Source: Tubulanus polymorphus | Lineage: Eukaryota > Animalia > Nemertea | Length of the DNA: 64,000 nt | Assembly (NCBI RefSeq): GCF_964204645.1 | Contig: NC_134025.1 | Span: 3,224,001-3,288,000, forward strand | Direction: 5' to 3' | Shown here: piece after piece, positions 23,546 to 46,548 of the stretch | Layout of the letters: each line of letters begins with the position of its first letter | How positions within the stretch are numbered: the stretch's first letter is position 1 | Notes under the pieces: generated by a model | Told to the model about the DNA's origin: nothing | The model's database searches: none | The model's input: the letters and a program-made list of their open reading frames with translations, nothing else | Made by a program: the position numbers and the translations under genes

Positions 23546-26445
23546 TGGCCTTTGAAAGAAATGATGTTGGTTGGGTAGTTAAAATCTATTTTTTTCCAAC
23601 ATCGATGTTTTAGATATTTCTCTTAAACTTTTGAAAACATACCTTTTTTGGCCATGATACAATCAATCTGTGCGATGAAACTGTGCAGTCTAAATATACC
23701 ATCTTCTTTACGCTGTTATGAAGGATTCACAACATAACTCGAAGTAATAATTGTTATGTACACTCTATTTCTTTTATTATCATCTCTGATTTAAATATAC
23801 AAATCAAGACATTCAATGTTGGCGATCCCCAAAGAAAATCCCCAATATAGACAGACAACCGAAGGCAGATGGTACCTGCTGCACATCTAGATTCCAAAAT
23901 CCAAAACCATACTCGTTATTTAACAATCGATGACAATTATCAAACATTGCATTTACAATACACCGAATGAATTTTAACATCCAGAAATTCAATAATTGAA
24001 CACAGAAGAAAAGTTTTGAGAAACTGATATTAGTCAGAAAACTCATAAGTTGTTATCATCATTAATTCTCAAAACACAATAAAAACACACTATTCATTAA
24101 TACAAAATAGTATCTTCTTCGTTCAGTAGTTTAAACCCAGAGTTTGCACGGCACCGGTAGGTTTAGGATATGGTCAAACAAATTTGACTAGCATCTGCCT
24201 GTTATTTTACAGAGGTGGAATTATTAAAATAGTTTGCACACCATGCAAGTTAAGACCCTGAAAAACTTCGAGGGTCTAGTCAGGGGTTACCATGTTATAA
24301 TCAATATTAAATAGTGACTGTAGCCAGCAAGACCAAACAATACTGCCAATTACATTCTGGACCAAAATTAGCTAAGTTTTCTTCATGGCATAGGAGACCA
24401 GAGGGTAAAGAATCTTCTAATTACACGCGAGATAATCAGAATGTTAAATTTGATTAATGAATGCACAGATGAGGACAATACAATAATACAGACATACAAG
24501 TGTACGTACATTACAGAGATTTCAAATTCAGTTTGGAAATTTTTAGTACTTATTTCAAAGTAAGCCATTTCAAGAAACTTCAACAGACAATCAACTCTTT
24601 AAGGAGGGAGGAATCTTCATCTTCGCAAACAATTAAATAATAATGAGCAAAATATCGATCGAAATTACAACCAAATAAATATAGATTTCTTATCTACGCG
24701 AATTTATGTCCACATAAGAATCATACCAAATGTGTTCACTGAGGGAATTACACAAAAATAATCAAACAATAAATAGGGACCTCAAGAGACAATGTGCGTT
24801 CCAACTTTCAACACTGGACCCAGGTCAACAAAAAAGAGTGGATGATGTAGAAATTGAACCATATACACTGTACTTGTTGGGGTTAAAATGTTGAGATACT
24901 ACGAGTCATAAATGAGCTACATGGAATTCTGGAAATATGTTACAAATTAGTAAATTACAATCATTCATTCTCATATTATGTGTGAATCATTAAAATAAAA
25001 TCATCTCTCAAAATTATGAAACTTGCTCATAAAATGATTTTCTCATGCAACGCTGGGAGAACACTAATCAAGGGCTGGATTTTCAGGAAAATCTAAATGA
25101 GAACCGATTAACTTAACAATAATTACAGAGTGGACTTGTTTTGTAATTACTACTTTTATATTAGCTTCATCTACTTAAATATTACAAAATTTTACAATTT
25201 CATTTTTACAAGATTTTCAAGCTACTAAATACTTAAACAGCTAACTTTTCGTAAAAAGTTGCGCAAGTTGCACTGAGGTCACAACAAATCACATCACCAG
25301 GAAAAACCTACCAGACTTTTAAAGCACCACTACATATTTCGATAAAAAGCATTTTTGGACGAATGTCGAGTTCTTTTTCCGTCATTATTGATCAAAGCAA
25401 AAATTTGGAGATTTGCAAATGCAACTACAGTGTGCAATTTGGAATGGAAAACTATGAAATTAAATATCATCTACCAAAAAATGAGGAAATATGCATATAT
25501 AAAAATCCAGGAGAAAGTATACTGCATCTACCAGCTCAAAATAATAGTTAAATTCTAAACACATTTCCATCAAATATATGATTTTTCAACTGGTATTTGC
25601 TGAAGATTAATGCACAGCACACAACATCATTAACCTTAGTATCATACACCATGCATACGGATCACAGATGCGAAATTCCAGTTACAAATACACAGAACGC
25701 GAGCAAAAAATGTCGCGACCGGTGTACGATACTTTACGATCCGAAATATAATTAGAAACTTCCATCGCGCGCATTTCATCTTTAGAAAACATTCGAATTT
25801 TCCGTTGCTCAATGAAAACATTTCATCGCCATTTAGGACCGAGAATGATCGTCATCATTGTGTTAGCAACATTACGGGGAATGCATGAGAAGTCTAGAAG
25901 CTGTCACCACAGACGAGTGAAAACAAATAGCCCAGGAAGACAATGCTAGAGCCCAGAAATTGAAACCCCAACAAAGTCAAAACATGCCTCCACATGGACA
26001 AGAAAAGCTTCTAGAGCTAGAACATCGAAACTGTCGGTAGATTATGTACACATTTCATCAACACCATCCATAATTCTTAACTGGACTTAAATATATATTT
26101 ATATATATATATTTATTCATTTGTTTTATTTATTTATTTATATACGATATATCATTTTAATGGTGGTGATCGCGTCTCAATGACATGAACACGCAGAAAA
26201 ACAGCTCCGGATAATCAGATCATCAGATACACAGTCGAATGAACTTTCGAAATCAATATTACCATTACTTATATCCATCATACAAGTAATGTAAACCAAA
26301 CGACTGCTTATTTTGTACAACTTATAATAATGTATGTATTACAATTTATCAATGATGACCAGTTACAAGAAACAGAGCTGTAGTTCTGCACTGAGCAGAT
26401 GCAAAATGGCTGTTATGACCCACCCCCCAAATGTTCATTAACCAC

Positions 26446-29283
<2,838 letters not shown>

Positions 29284-29756
29284 GTTATTCTGAAGACTTT
29301 TAGTTGGGATATCTGTTTTCCTGACAAATAGACAAAGTTTGAATGGCAAAAAGACGAAAAATCAGTAGTTAATGCGTAATGACAGGTCGATCAGTGGTTT
29401 TCAATATGGCTTCCGCCTCCCAGAACAGCGCAATACGCCTCAGAGGGGGATATGCGTCATTGATAAATGACGTCATATTTTTGACGTGGCATCACGTGTT
29501 TTACACTTAAAGCTGATTTTATTTTTATCTGAGGGATATTTAACGGTATTAGTAGGTTTCCATTGCAACAAAGTTAACGACAAACCTCCCCTTGTATCAA
29601 ATTGTATTACCGTTTTTTCGTATTTTTGGATGTAGGAAATGCTGACTGTGGCAAGCGATTGTAAAATTCGGTTAAAGCGATACTTGACTGGTTGCCGGTA
29701 AGCAGGCACCTGTCTACCCGGAAGTGTTGCCTGGTAACGACAGTACAAGTTTAAAA
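29284..29756. promoter_or_regulatory. Bidirectional promoter Rab1/AK7 with CRE, UPRE/CREB3-type site, E-box, RFX X-boxes and ETS site
   Basis: TGACGTCA 29468-29475; TGACGTGGCA 29482-29491; CACGTG 29493-29498; GTTTCCATTGCAAC 29556-29569; CCGGAAGT 29718-29725; GTTGCCTGGTAAC 29726-29738. Confidence 0.7.
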
Positions 29757-32700
29757 ATGGCGAGTGTAGTCGATGATCTCGAAAAGCCCAAAAGCAAACG
29801 CTTATTTATCAATTCGGTGGATTTGTATCAAGGCCAGAATTTAGCCAAGGTTCGTAAACCATCAATATATCTTTACTCCATAAAAGATTGAAAATTGCTG
29901 CTGTTAAATTCGAGTGAAAACAATGGTATTGTGAAATGCAACGCAAATTCAATGAAATTTATTTTGTTTTGAGCCTGTGAGTGAGGGGAGGAAATAATTA
30001 TTTAGGGTCTATATAGACAAAAACATGTAACGATGATTGAACTGTTTTCACTTTCTTTGGCAAATTGGAGGATATTTGTTCTTTCATCTAAATGTATTTT
30101 ATTTCATTCAGTATCTTTCAAATTGTGTTGTTGGAGTGTCTGCAGAGGAAGGCGAAGAGGAAGAAGAGGATGCCAAGTCAATTGACAGCGGAATTATCCC
30201 TCCTCCTAAAGAGGGCTGCTATGAGATTATTGCCACCTTGAAAAATAAAGATGCCCCTAAGCCTGACTTTGTAAAAGAAATTATAAATGTGAGTTTTATG
30301 AACTCCTCATGAAATTATGAACTCATTGATCGCCTCATGCCTTATTCTACTGAGCTAATGATATAAATAATTCTTTTGATATTTTCAGTACCAATCGAAA
30401 GAGCAATTGTACGAGCATCTTTTTGAGTGCGATGTTATCGTCTATGATATAACTGAAGATCCTGATGAAATTGATGAAGCAACATGGGCAGTTTCTCGTA
30501 CGTGTTCAACTGTAGAAAATCATATCATTATTTCACATTTCTGTGTATTTTACATCATTTCTTTAATCGCGATTTTTATCTCAGAACTCCACTCGGATTT
30601 GGATAAAATCGACAGCCAGAAAATGTTCATTCTCATCTCGACGGTTCTCACCTGGGCGAGAAGCAAGCCACTTGATCCGGTAAGTTTCAACTTCAAATAC
30701 AGGCCTGCCAATCCTACTGCTTGAAACTGCTTGACTTTCCCTTAAATCAATCATCGATGAAAACTGTCTCTCAGTAGAAAAATAAGTATTCAATGCGATG
30801 TTAGACTGAGCACTTGTCACACTGTCTGGTGGGATAGCTGGTGTTGCAGCTCCACGCGCCGTTGAGATTTTACCACTAGCATTTCATCAGGCTTGATTTT
30901 CATGGGTATTTGCTATTTTTAGGATGATCCAGAGATTCCGTTTACCGAAGATGATTATCGTAGAAGGAAGGCACATCCAAACTTCAAAGATCATATCAGT
31001 GCTGAGAAAACTGTCATCAAACTTGGCAAAACAGTAAGCACTCGGAACTCTAATGCGTGCAACGTCGTTACAAAGTTTTTCTTCACCGTGGCATGTATTT
31101 TATATATTACAGAACAAGGCGAAGCTGGTTACATTTGTTGTTGCATCAGGTTTAACTTATGGCGCCGGAGAAAGTATCTTTCATTACATGTTTAAGGTAG
31201 GAATTCAGGACAGCTTTTTTATCCTTTATTTCTCACATGGATTCACTGTATTTTCTGGTAATATTACAGGCTGCATGGCACAACACACCAGAACTCCTGT
31301 GTTTTGGAAATGGCCAGAACGTAATTCCGACCCTACATATCAAGGATCTTGGCGGGTGAGTTTGAAATTATGATATCAATTGCTGGTAAATTAACCATGC
31401 CCCTTAAATCAAATTTGCTTTGACCATTGTGATTTCAGGGTTATTCAAAATATAGCTGATAGTCGTCCGAAAGTAAGGTATATTGTTGCAGTTGATGATT
31501 CACAAAATACCCTGGAAGAAATTGTCAAGGTAGGGAGCCACCAATATTTGATTAGAAATGTTTCGATAGAATAATAGTTAGAATTTTTAAGATGCATGAT
31601 ATAAAAAATGTGTATGTATTTTCAGAGTGTGAGTCAGAATCTCGGAACTGGTAAAATTCAGATCATTCCCCAAGAAGAGGCGTTGCTGGATAAAGATATC
31701 AAGGTAATTTTGATGTAAAGACAATGAATATTTGTGGTTCTTTATTCACTATATCATGATTGGCGTCATTTTTGTAATTTCATTATCTGTTTTTCAGCAA
31801 GCCGACTTTGACATGCTGTTAGTTGACCTACGCATGGATGCTGTTTTCGTAAAAGAAAACATGCGCATTCAATGGGTTGCTGAGACTGGAATTGTTGAAA
31901 ATATTCAGAATGTCGTAAAAGAATACAGAGAAACTAGGAAGCTTCTACCAGTACGAGCGGCAGCGTTAGGGCCACCAGCTGCGGGGAAATCGACTGTAGT
32001 TAAAGCATTGTGTGACCATTATAAACTCCATCACATCAAGATTAAAGATGTCATTGATGAAGCTATGGAACTACTTGTAAGTAAATCAGAGGTAGAATTA
32101 GACAGTCAAAGAACTTGAACCCTCTCAGAATGGCCTGAAATGCCATCAAATACCTTGAGAATTCGAAATTCTGTTTTTTGTGCCTAATATACTAAGACAT
32201 ACGACTCGAGACTAGCAACTGTCAAGACTGATCTCTGGATCCACCCCTGTAAACTGCAAATGAATATCAATGTAAGTTCTCTAGTTATATTAACTGCAGA
32301 TTTTCACAGATGGTTCTTATAAAACATTCTACAGGAAAAGAGTGCGGCAAGAGCTGACGCCGAAGAAGAGGAAGATGACGATGGCAAAGCCGCGGAAGAT
32401 CAAGAACTTCTCGACCAAATAAATGAAAGCAAAGAACAAAATGGAAATAGAATCGATGATCAGTTTATTATCAGATTCTTCAAAGAAAAACTCCATTCGA
32501 TGCCATGTCAGAACCAAGGTTTCATCTTGGATGGATTTCCGAAAACTTTGGAACACGCGAAAGAGTTATTTGCCGGTATGTTGATACGTAGCGCACTCGA
32601 TGAGGTTCCACTGTATCCGATTTTTCACTCAAAAGACTGAACGACAAACCCCTGAACTACTTCTGGATATTGAGAATTTGTGTCAATTTTTTCAGCTGAA

Positions 32701-34145
32701 GATGAAGAAGAGGCTGAAGAATCTGCCTCTGCTAGTTTTGATAAAGCGATTATGCCGGAAAATGTGTTTGTTTTGGAGGCAAATGATGAGTTTTTGAAGA
32801 ATCGTGTGATGAATCTTCCCGAGTCTGTCGTAGCCGGTACTCATAACACCGAGGATGGTCTAACTCGACGATTAGCTGATTACAGAGCTGCAAATACCGA
32901 AGACGAAACCGTTCTCAATTACTTCGACGAGTTAGAGATTCACCCGGATCATATAGGTTAGTTTCGATGTAGTAATGAGAATGAATATACTGGAATAAAA
33001 CCATCGCACACCGATGCAGACCTGACTACGACTACTATTTAAAGGCTAAACAAAAATGATACCTTTTTTCTCCGCAGCGGTCATTTTTGTAAAATATGAT
33101 AAAATTTATAAACAGTTCATTTCTATTGCGGCCGGGTCTGTTATGGTAAAATTGATCACGATTTTTAAAAAAGTAATGTATAGGGTAGATAGGCGGCCGG
33201 GTCAACATTTAAGCTCAGCAGAGCGGAGAAACAAGGTATCAATTTTTTTTAGCCTTAGTTTCGATGTAGTATGAGAATGAATATACTGGAATAAAACCAT
33301 CGCACACTGATGTAGACCTGACTACGACTACTATTTAAAAGATGTTACTACACTTTCTAAGAGCTCGAGGACTCCTAGAATATATCAAAATACTCTCAAA
33401 GATCGGAATGATTTCATTTTTAATTTGATTCCTATTTATTATCTCTGGTAATCTGGTTTGTTGATGTGATTTATCTAACTTTACAGACGTGATGAAAGAC
33501 TCATCGGAAATGATGCATGACACTGTTGAGAGGATGAAAAAAGTAATGGGAGAGCCAAGAAATTATGGTAGGTTTTTTTCAAATATCCACTCCGACTAAT
33601 TTGTAGTGAAATTAGTATCGAATGAACTATAAGATTGTGTATGTGTATTTTAGGTCCCACGATCGAGGAACAAGAAGAAATGCGTCGTCAAGAAGAAGAG
33701 GCTCAGTTGAAGCGAGAAGCGGATGAAAAAGCCGAAAAAGAAAGACAGGAAACTGAAGAAGCAGCGGAAAGGAAACATCGCCAAGAAGAATGGGTAAATA
33801 TACTACGTTTAGAAAAGAAAAAGATGGAAATCCATTCTAGTTTTTAATGACATTTTTTCAATTTCTAGGGGGCTCGTTTGGACGAAGTAAAGCGTGAAGA
33901 ATATGAACTTCTCGAAACGCAATCTATTCCTTTACGTAATTACCTGATGAAACACGTAATGCCTACTCTAACTAAAGGATTAATTGATTGCTGTAAAGTT
34001 CGTCCTGATGATGCTATTGATTATCTGGTGAGGTCAACATTCAATCTAAACCACCCTTTAGTCTTACTGCATATCTTTGTCTAATTCATCTGCACTTTTT
34101 TTTCAGGCTGAATATCTTTTTCAACATAACCCTCAAGTGGATTGA
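29757..34145 (+). CDS. AK7: Adenylate kinase 7 (motile cilia; Rossmann-like N-terminus, AK domain, C-terminal Dpy-30 motif)
   Basis: About 16 GT-AG exons. [58 protein letters not shown]-loop [60 protein letters not shown]. Confidence 0.96.
32958..33339. repeat. ~85-bp direct repeat (32958-33043 and 33255-33339) flanking the MITE
   Basis: TTAGTTTCGATGTAGT(A)ATGAGAATGAATATACTGGAATAAAACCATCGCACACYGATGYAGACCTGACTACGACTACTATTTAAA occurs twice with about 3 differences. Confidence 0.92.
33044..33254. mobile_element. ~210-bp MITE with ~32-bp terminal inverted repeats in an AK7 intron
   Basis: Left GGCTAAACAAAAATGATACCTTTTTTCTCCGC; right end reverse-complements to GGCTAAAAAAAAATTGATACCTTGTTTCTCCGC. 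Confidence 0.8.
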
Positions 34146-35027
34146 TTCATCTTCGATATCATTGATTCTAATGTAGTTTGATTGTGATTCAAAGTTTCCG
34201 TCCATTTCCAAAATTCTTCAATAAAATACTTTTCCATCATATTATATCAATCTCTAGCTGTGATTATTTTTGAACTCATTGTGTAAATAAAGGTTAATTT
34301 ATATATATTCAATCACTTGAGTTTATTGTTTCTTTCTGTCTTTTTGGGGTTTCGCTGTTAGTTTGTTTGAGTCATAACCTGTCTGTGGTTTAGTTTCACG
34401 ATCGGATGTTTTTACGCTGGTATAAGCGCATCTGATTATAAAAGTTTACCACCAATGACTTGGTAACTAATGGGCGATGTGCTCCTTCTCACTAGTGCGG
34501 GTCCTTCGATATATCCCGAAACTAAGTTACATTAAGACCGGCTAGTGCTGCCACCAGACGAGGAAATCCTTAATATTACGTCATTTACTTCCGCCTTCGG
34601 TATATAAAATATTTAGCACAATTTTTAAGAAGTAAGTAATGCGTAACAACCGCTTTAAACGTGTTTTTATATCATAAGATGAATTTGAATAGTTGAATTT
34701 ATGAATAGTAAATCGGGTGAAACATATTCACTGTGGCTTGTGTGTCTTATGTCTTCGTATTTCGAAAGTAAATCTTACTTTTTAAGGGATTCCCCGTAAC
34801 TACTAACACAAAAAACAAAAAATGAACCTCCGCCCATCCACGGCGTAATCTATCATCAACACTAGACCTGCTAAGTAGATAATTATTGTATTTTACTGAT
34901 TTAATTGGGTTTGCTAAATTCTAATCAGAAATGTCTTTTTTTATTCACAGGTTGTAGAGAGTATATAGGCTAACGTACGTGAATGTATGACTCAGTCAAT
35001 GCTTAGCTAGATAATCATTGGATAATA

Positions 35028-40877
<5,850 letters not shown>

Positions 40878-43800
40878 CAGAATGTTTATCAATTCTTGGA
40901 CAAACTGCTGTTGAAGCTGTGAAATATCGCTGATAAATGAACGCAAATTGACACAATCCTGCATTGATTTGTAACTAAATTGCGTTTATCGGCTAAACCT
41001 GATCACATCATTAGATGGTGCTGCCACCTCGTAACCGTTGTATTAAACAAACCACTTCATTCAAGATACTCCACTATTTAGTTTTGATATAAAGTGATTA
41101 ATTATCATATAGCGTTTATATGTAAATGTGTATACTTAAAACAACACCTTGAAAGCATGAATTCAATCTATTTCTTGTACACATCCACTCGAATATAATC
41201 TCTTATTATGAGTATGTTTGCTGTTAGTTACATCAACAACTGATGAATCTATTTCTGGTTTAATCATTTTAGAATAGGATTAAAATTCGACCGATCCTGT
41301 ATTCGATTTTAATGTGAAATTCGTGTCACAATTGATGCAATTCCATTCAATCTTGTCGATGTAACAAAATACCTTGGTTATGGAAATAACTTATTGAAAC
41401 TGTAAATGTTAATTTATGTCGAACTACGCTTTGAGTCTTGTGCGAGATAATCATGAAATTCTCTGTAACGGCATTATCATGCTTGTATGTGCGTTATGCG
41501 AGTAACTTATTTATTAGATTTAGTTCATGGAAGCTGTTCATTTGAATAAATGGCTTTACGTGTATATCATCATCATCGGCATCGATCGACAGTTTCTGAA
41601 AGCAGTATGTGACATGATTTAGATTTAGTATCCATGCACTAGCTATTGTGAATGTAATCATCGTCTTCGGTTACATTGGCTATTGATGTTTCCTCAGAAG
41701 CAGTCGATCTCGCGTAATTGACATCGCGATATTGTGAATATTGATAATACACATCGTACAAACGAAGCTTAAGCTAATGTACATGATCAGTGTAATTAGT
41801 ATACATAAGGTATTTGTTAATATATGTATATACTGATTTGTACCGGCCTATGCATGAAGGCCTTTGCTTGTACAGATTTATGCAATTTGCATTAAATAAA
41901 CATGGTATTTATGTATATAAAATTAAAATCTATCCAATCTTTAGTTTCTTTATTCGATTTTGTTTGTTCGGCGAGTAATGTTTGTCTAACTGTCAGGTTC
42001 TACGTTCAACTCGACTAAAACACAGGAGTTATTGGCGATATTAATTATATCACCTGGAACGAATGCGAAATCGGTACACAGAAAATCAACTCCAACTGAA
42101 AAGGATGAATTGTAATCATGCTGAGTTGAGTGTGTTGCTGGAAAGAGGTGGCTTCGTATGAAGTGAAAGCGATTACAGATCAAATTACAGTTGACAATAT
42201 TGATTCATTTACATGAATACATCCGCGCCAATGTCATTAATATACAGTAGATTAAGAAATGCATAGATAGATTAACATGAACGGAACATTCTGTACAGAT
42301 ACAAACCACAAATCGTCAGCTATCGATTTATCTACCTCTTTCTAATCGCAATTTCGAAATATCTGAAATTTGGGCCCGAAAACCGAAACTACGATTCCTG
42401 AATAACCAGGTACGATAATGGTAAAAGTGCAATTATTGCTTTGGAATGTGAATGAACTATCGAGATTTATATATGAATCTATATTTATATATATATATAT
42501 ATTCATATCAACATGAAACGTTATCAGATGTATAACTACTATACATTCATATAGAGTTTAAACTGAACACCTGTCACTGCAATAGATTCATGTATAGATT
42601 GATTTATCATGTACCATAATAGCACGAATTTGCAGCATCAGCATTTTTCATTGTCTTTTTTATTCCCTACTGAAAATATTGATAATTGTCACTGATAGTA
42701 CTATAAATGTGTATAGAATGAATTGATCTAGACAGCAGGCACGTTTATTTTCAAGGGTGACGGTTGAATTTTTTTATGCGGATATTCTTCATGTGGAGGT
42801 TATCGAGGGAACAATTTTTGAGCCTCAAATAGTCTTGTATATTCAAAGTTTTTTAAATGTTTACTACCTTAGTAGTTGGTGAGAGTTATTAATTATTCTG
42901 TCTTACGCTGTTTCTTGGGAAACGTTTTCTCAGAGTTGTGAGTCAGAGAAATAAGAGTTGAATGTGTGCATGTGTGTGCAGCTCTTCAGTTGGTGTCAAT
43001 TCCTGATATTAACTGATTCCAAAATAACTCTTAGATGCATCGCCTCACACTTATGTGCCGGCGTTTTTAGAAGGAATTATTTCAGCTTTATAAATACAAA
43101 TTTACATCTTCATCCATCATACGAATGGATTGAAATAAACGGAAATTCCTCTTTCTTGGAATCTAATAAATCCAAGCGGTTCGTTTAGAATTCTACGGTC
43201 GATAATATAGAAGCATTCGTATCTAATATATTAAAACAGGATTTATGTTTTTTATCGTCTCTCGTGTTTACCTCGTTAAACCCCGGCTTCCTGCGCGTGT
43301 GTGTTACACGGAGAGATTTTTAACAGTAACAAATATCACCTGTAGCAGGATGTGAACGATTAAACCTGTATTTCTCATATCTTTAAATTCTGTTTCTATC
43401 AATTTTTTAAATTTAGTCAAAATATTTAAATTTCGACGCGCACAATACAAAATCACGTGTTTCATGGTTTATCGATAATTCGTTATTTCTGATTGAAAAT
43501 GAATTCTTTTCGTACATGTAAGTGTAGAGTAGATGTGCGCTGATATACGCTGTATCGTTATCATACTGGCTTTGTTCACGCTGTCGTCGATATACAAATA
43601 ATGTATTACATAAAACTGAAATGGAAAAATAAAAATGGTTGAACGCTCACAGTCTCTTCGTCCCCGTCGCCACTTCAATCGTCAGACGTGCACCTGCAGA
43701 TGTCGTGTGCTATAAGCTATTGAAGTCATGTAAATTTCCAACAAACTTTTTAACATTGAAACAACCGACTCGGGACTCGTTTTTATGGTAATTGACGACG

Positions 43801-46548
43801 ATTTCTGACAAAAGATGCGGGCATTACGACGCAAACACTGGAAATCACATGATTAATCATTAAACATGTGAAGCAGTCTGAACTGCATACGGCGCGACGT
43901 TTCTTCGAGGTATCTATCCGTTTCATTAACTCGTGAAAAAAAAAGTATTATGGATTATCTAAAGATTATATGTAGACCGACACCTGAAACGTTAGTAACT
44001 CGGTTGTTTATCAGTCACGACGAATACCGAAGAACTTTCTATTTTTCCTGTTTTCTTTTTGTTAACAAAAACAATAAAAACACGAAATCCTAGAAATTAG
44101 ACAACCACGGGCAACATTATTAATAAATAGAATATTGGCGTGGTAATTCTTGAATTTCTAAAGTCTCTTCGCTGATTCGGTTTTGCACGTTTCTAATCTT
44201 ACCTGGGTGACATTTACCGTAAATGGCTAAACGTTTTACGTTGACGTCGTGACAGTGACGTCATAAATCATAGGTGTAGACGGTGCTAGACTCTCGCGTA
44301 ACGATATTGCCGTCAGTGGTAGGTGCGTTTGCTTGTTTAATGCGAAAAATGTCAATAAAAATAACATGAGACTCGGGGACAGAGATCTATTTCCATTTAT
44401 GGCAAATGAACGTAAGAAAATGACCTCCTCAAGATTCTCTTCTGTCTAAACCCAGGGAATATAATTAACCGCATTTGTGAGGAACGGATTCGTGAGGTTC
44501 TCAACCATGGAGGTCGTTGCTTAAACAAAGTTGCTCTCTTCTAATGAAAGACGGGAACAAACAACATAATTTGCGATCGTCTTTATTTCGTATGCAACAG
44601 CTTTATTGGTGATTCCATTGATCGGGAAAAGCGGTAGATTCTATTCGCATTCCAATGAAGTGGGGATTTTGGCGCGACAACTTGGCTCCGTACTAGTCTT
44701 CGTAGGCGGTTCAATAAGAAAACCGCACGTTTTAGTCATGTATTCGAAAGTTTTCCTTGATACAAATTTGATAAATATTCCCCCGATGCCCACTCAAACG
44801 ATGTGTGTAGTACGTGAGTTTCTTACTCATAGTTCTCCTAACAATAGCCGTAGGTGTCATTTTAATGTCTCCATCATCAATGGTATCTTTGATTCATATC
44901 GATGTGATCCTTACTTCCTACGCTGAATTACTGTCACACACTCCTCAAACGTAAGACGAACAACAAAATCAAAAACAGAAACTGATTTTCCATACGATGC
45001 AATAATTTATTCTTTTTTTCACGAATTCTGCTTTATCAATATTTTTGTATAAAAACATATGTACATTTTTATTGTAAACAAACAATCACATATCATGTGG
45101 GCATGTATATAATAAAACAATCTATACACGACCGAGAAAAATTCACTCTATTCCATGGTGACTCTTACAACATTCCCCATCAGTAATAAATAACCTAGCG
45201 CAGAAATTTACGGACGTAAATGCCGCAATAATTTACCGTGAATGATAATTAATTTAAAAATTGGTCTCAATTGAACGAACGTTTTTTCTGATTTACACAG
45301 GATAATAACACCGCCCACAGTACTAACATGTTTGATATCAATGATACACGCCATTATAACAAAAACATCGGTGAAAATAAATTCACGATAAATAACACAC
45401 GAATCAACATTACTTCATTAATTACACGAGGCCATCAAAAAATACTACGAGATATGCGAATTACATAAATAACGGATATTCAACTGGAGCTGATTGAAAA
45501 AAAAAACAAGCGAACAAAAACTAATCTGTACTGAAGACTATACTTAAGAAAAACGCTGCGAAAAATATTAACATGTAACTTTCTAATCAAAATTTCACCT
45601 ACATATTTCTGTGGAGGGCAACGGTTAGGCTCTATTGGAAACTGGTCAAATCGTTCACTCAAAAATAGAATATTCACTTAATTCGAATTCTAAATGTAGA
45701 TGATAATAGGTATAGATAAATAGGTGCACGGCTCTTTTCGAATGATTACTGACATGTATGTATCGACATAACATGGGTGCAGTCATAAAGCGCTTCCATT
45801 GACACTGAACCTTACATCTAATAAATATTAATAACCAACAAATAAATACATGTAGTAGTACCAAGAAAACAGATATACACAACACACACATCGACGAAAT
45901 TTGATGATTTCATTTAAGGTGGTAATTGTATGCTTCCAACTGAGCTAGGCACCGGGATTCTTTGTGAACGAGAAAACCATTTTCATATGAATAAATGGTT
46001 CTATCTGGGAGCAAGCTGGATGCATTGACCGAAGTGCGAGACATGTCGTCTATTCAATCTATTTTTAAAACATGTTGACGTTCTATTCAGCGCATCATTG
46101 AATCAACGGTTTCGTGACCAGGTCAATAATTCAGGCAAAATGTTTAATTAGAACAAATTGCTCGAGGGGTAATGATTTTGAAATATATGGTACTATAGTA
46201 GTGTTACCAGGCGAAGGGTTGTTTCGAACCAGGGGAATATGCTGTATACCTTTTCGCATCTCTATAGTTTCACTCTCATAACTAATTCATTACTTTTCAT
46301 CCCACATTAACAACGGTATTTAATTGATTTCGGTAAAACAAACAAACAGTAAAACTATTACTTCACATGATATTTGTTGTGAAGACAATAGATGTTGTCC
46401 TGTGTTTTATTTCCCTACTGTGATACAATTTATTGAACTGGCACATTTTGCTGCAATTGTCTCCCGTGCTGCAGCGTGCCTTGTTCGTGACCTGTCGCCA
46501 ATGATCGATAGAGAAGAGCATCATTAACAAATGCCATTATAGCTCGAC

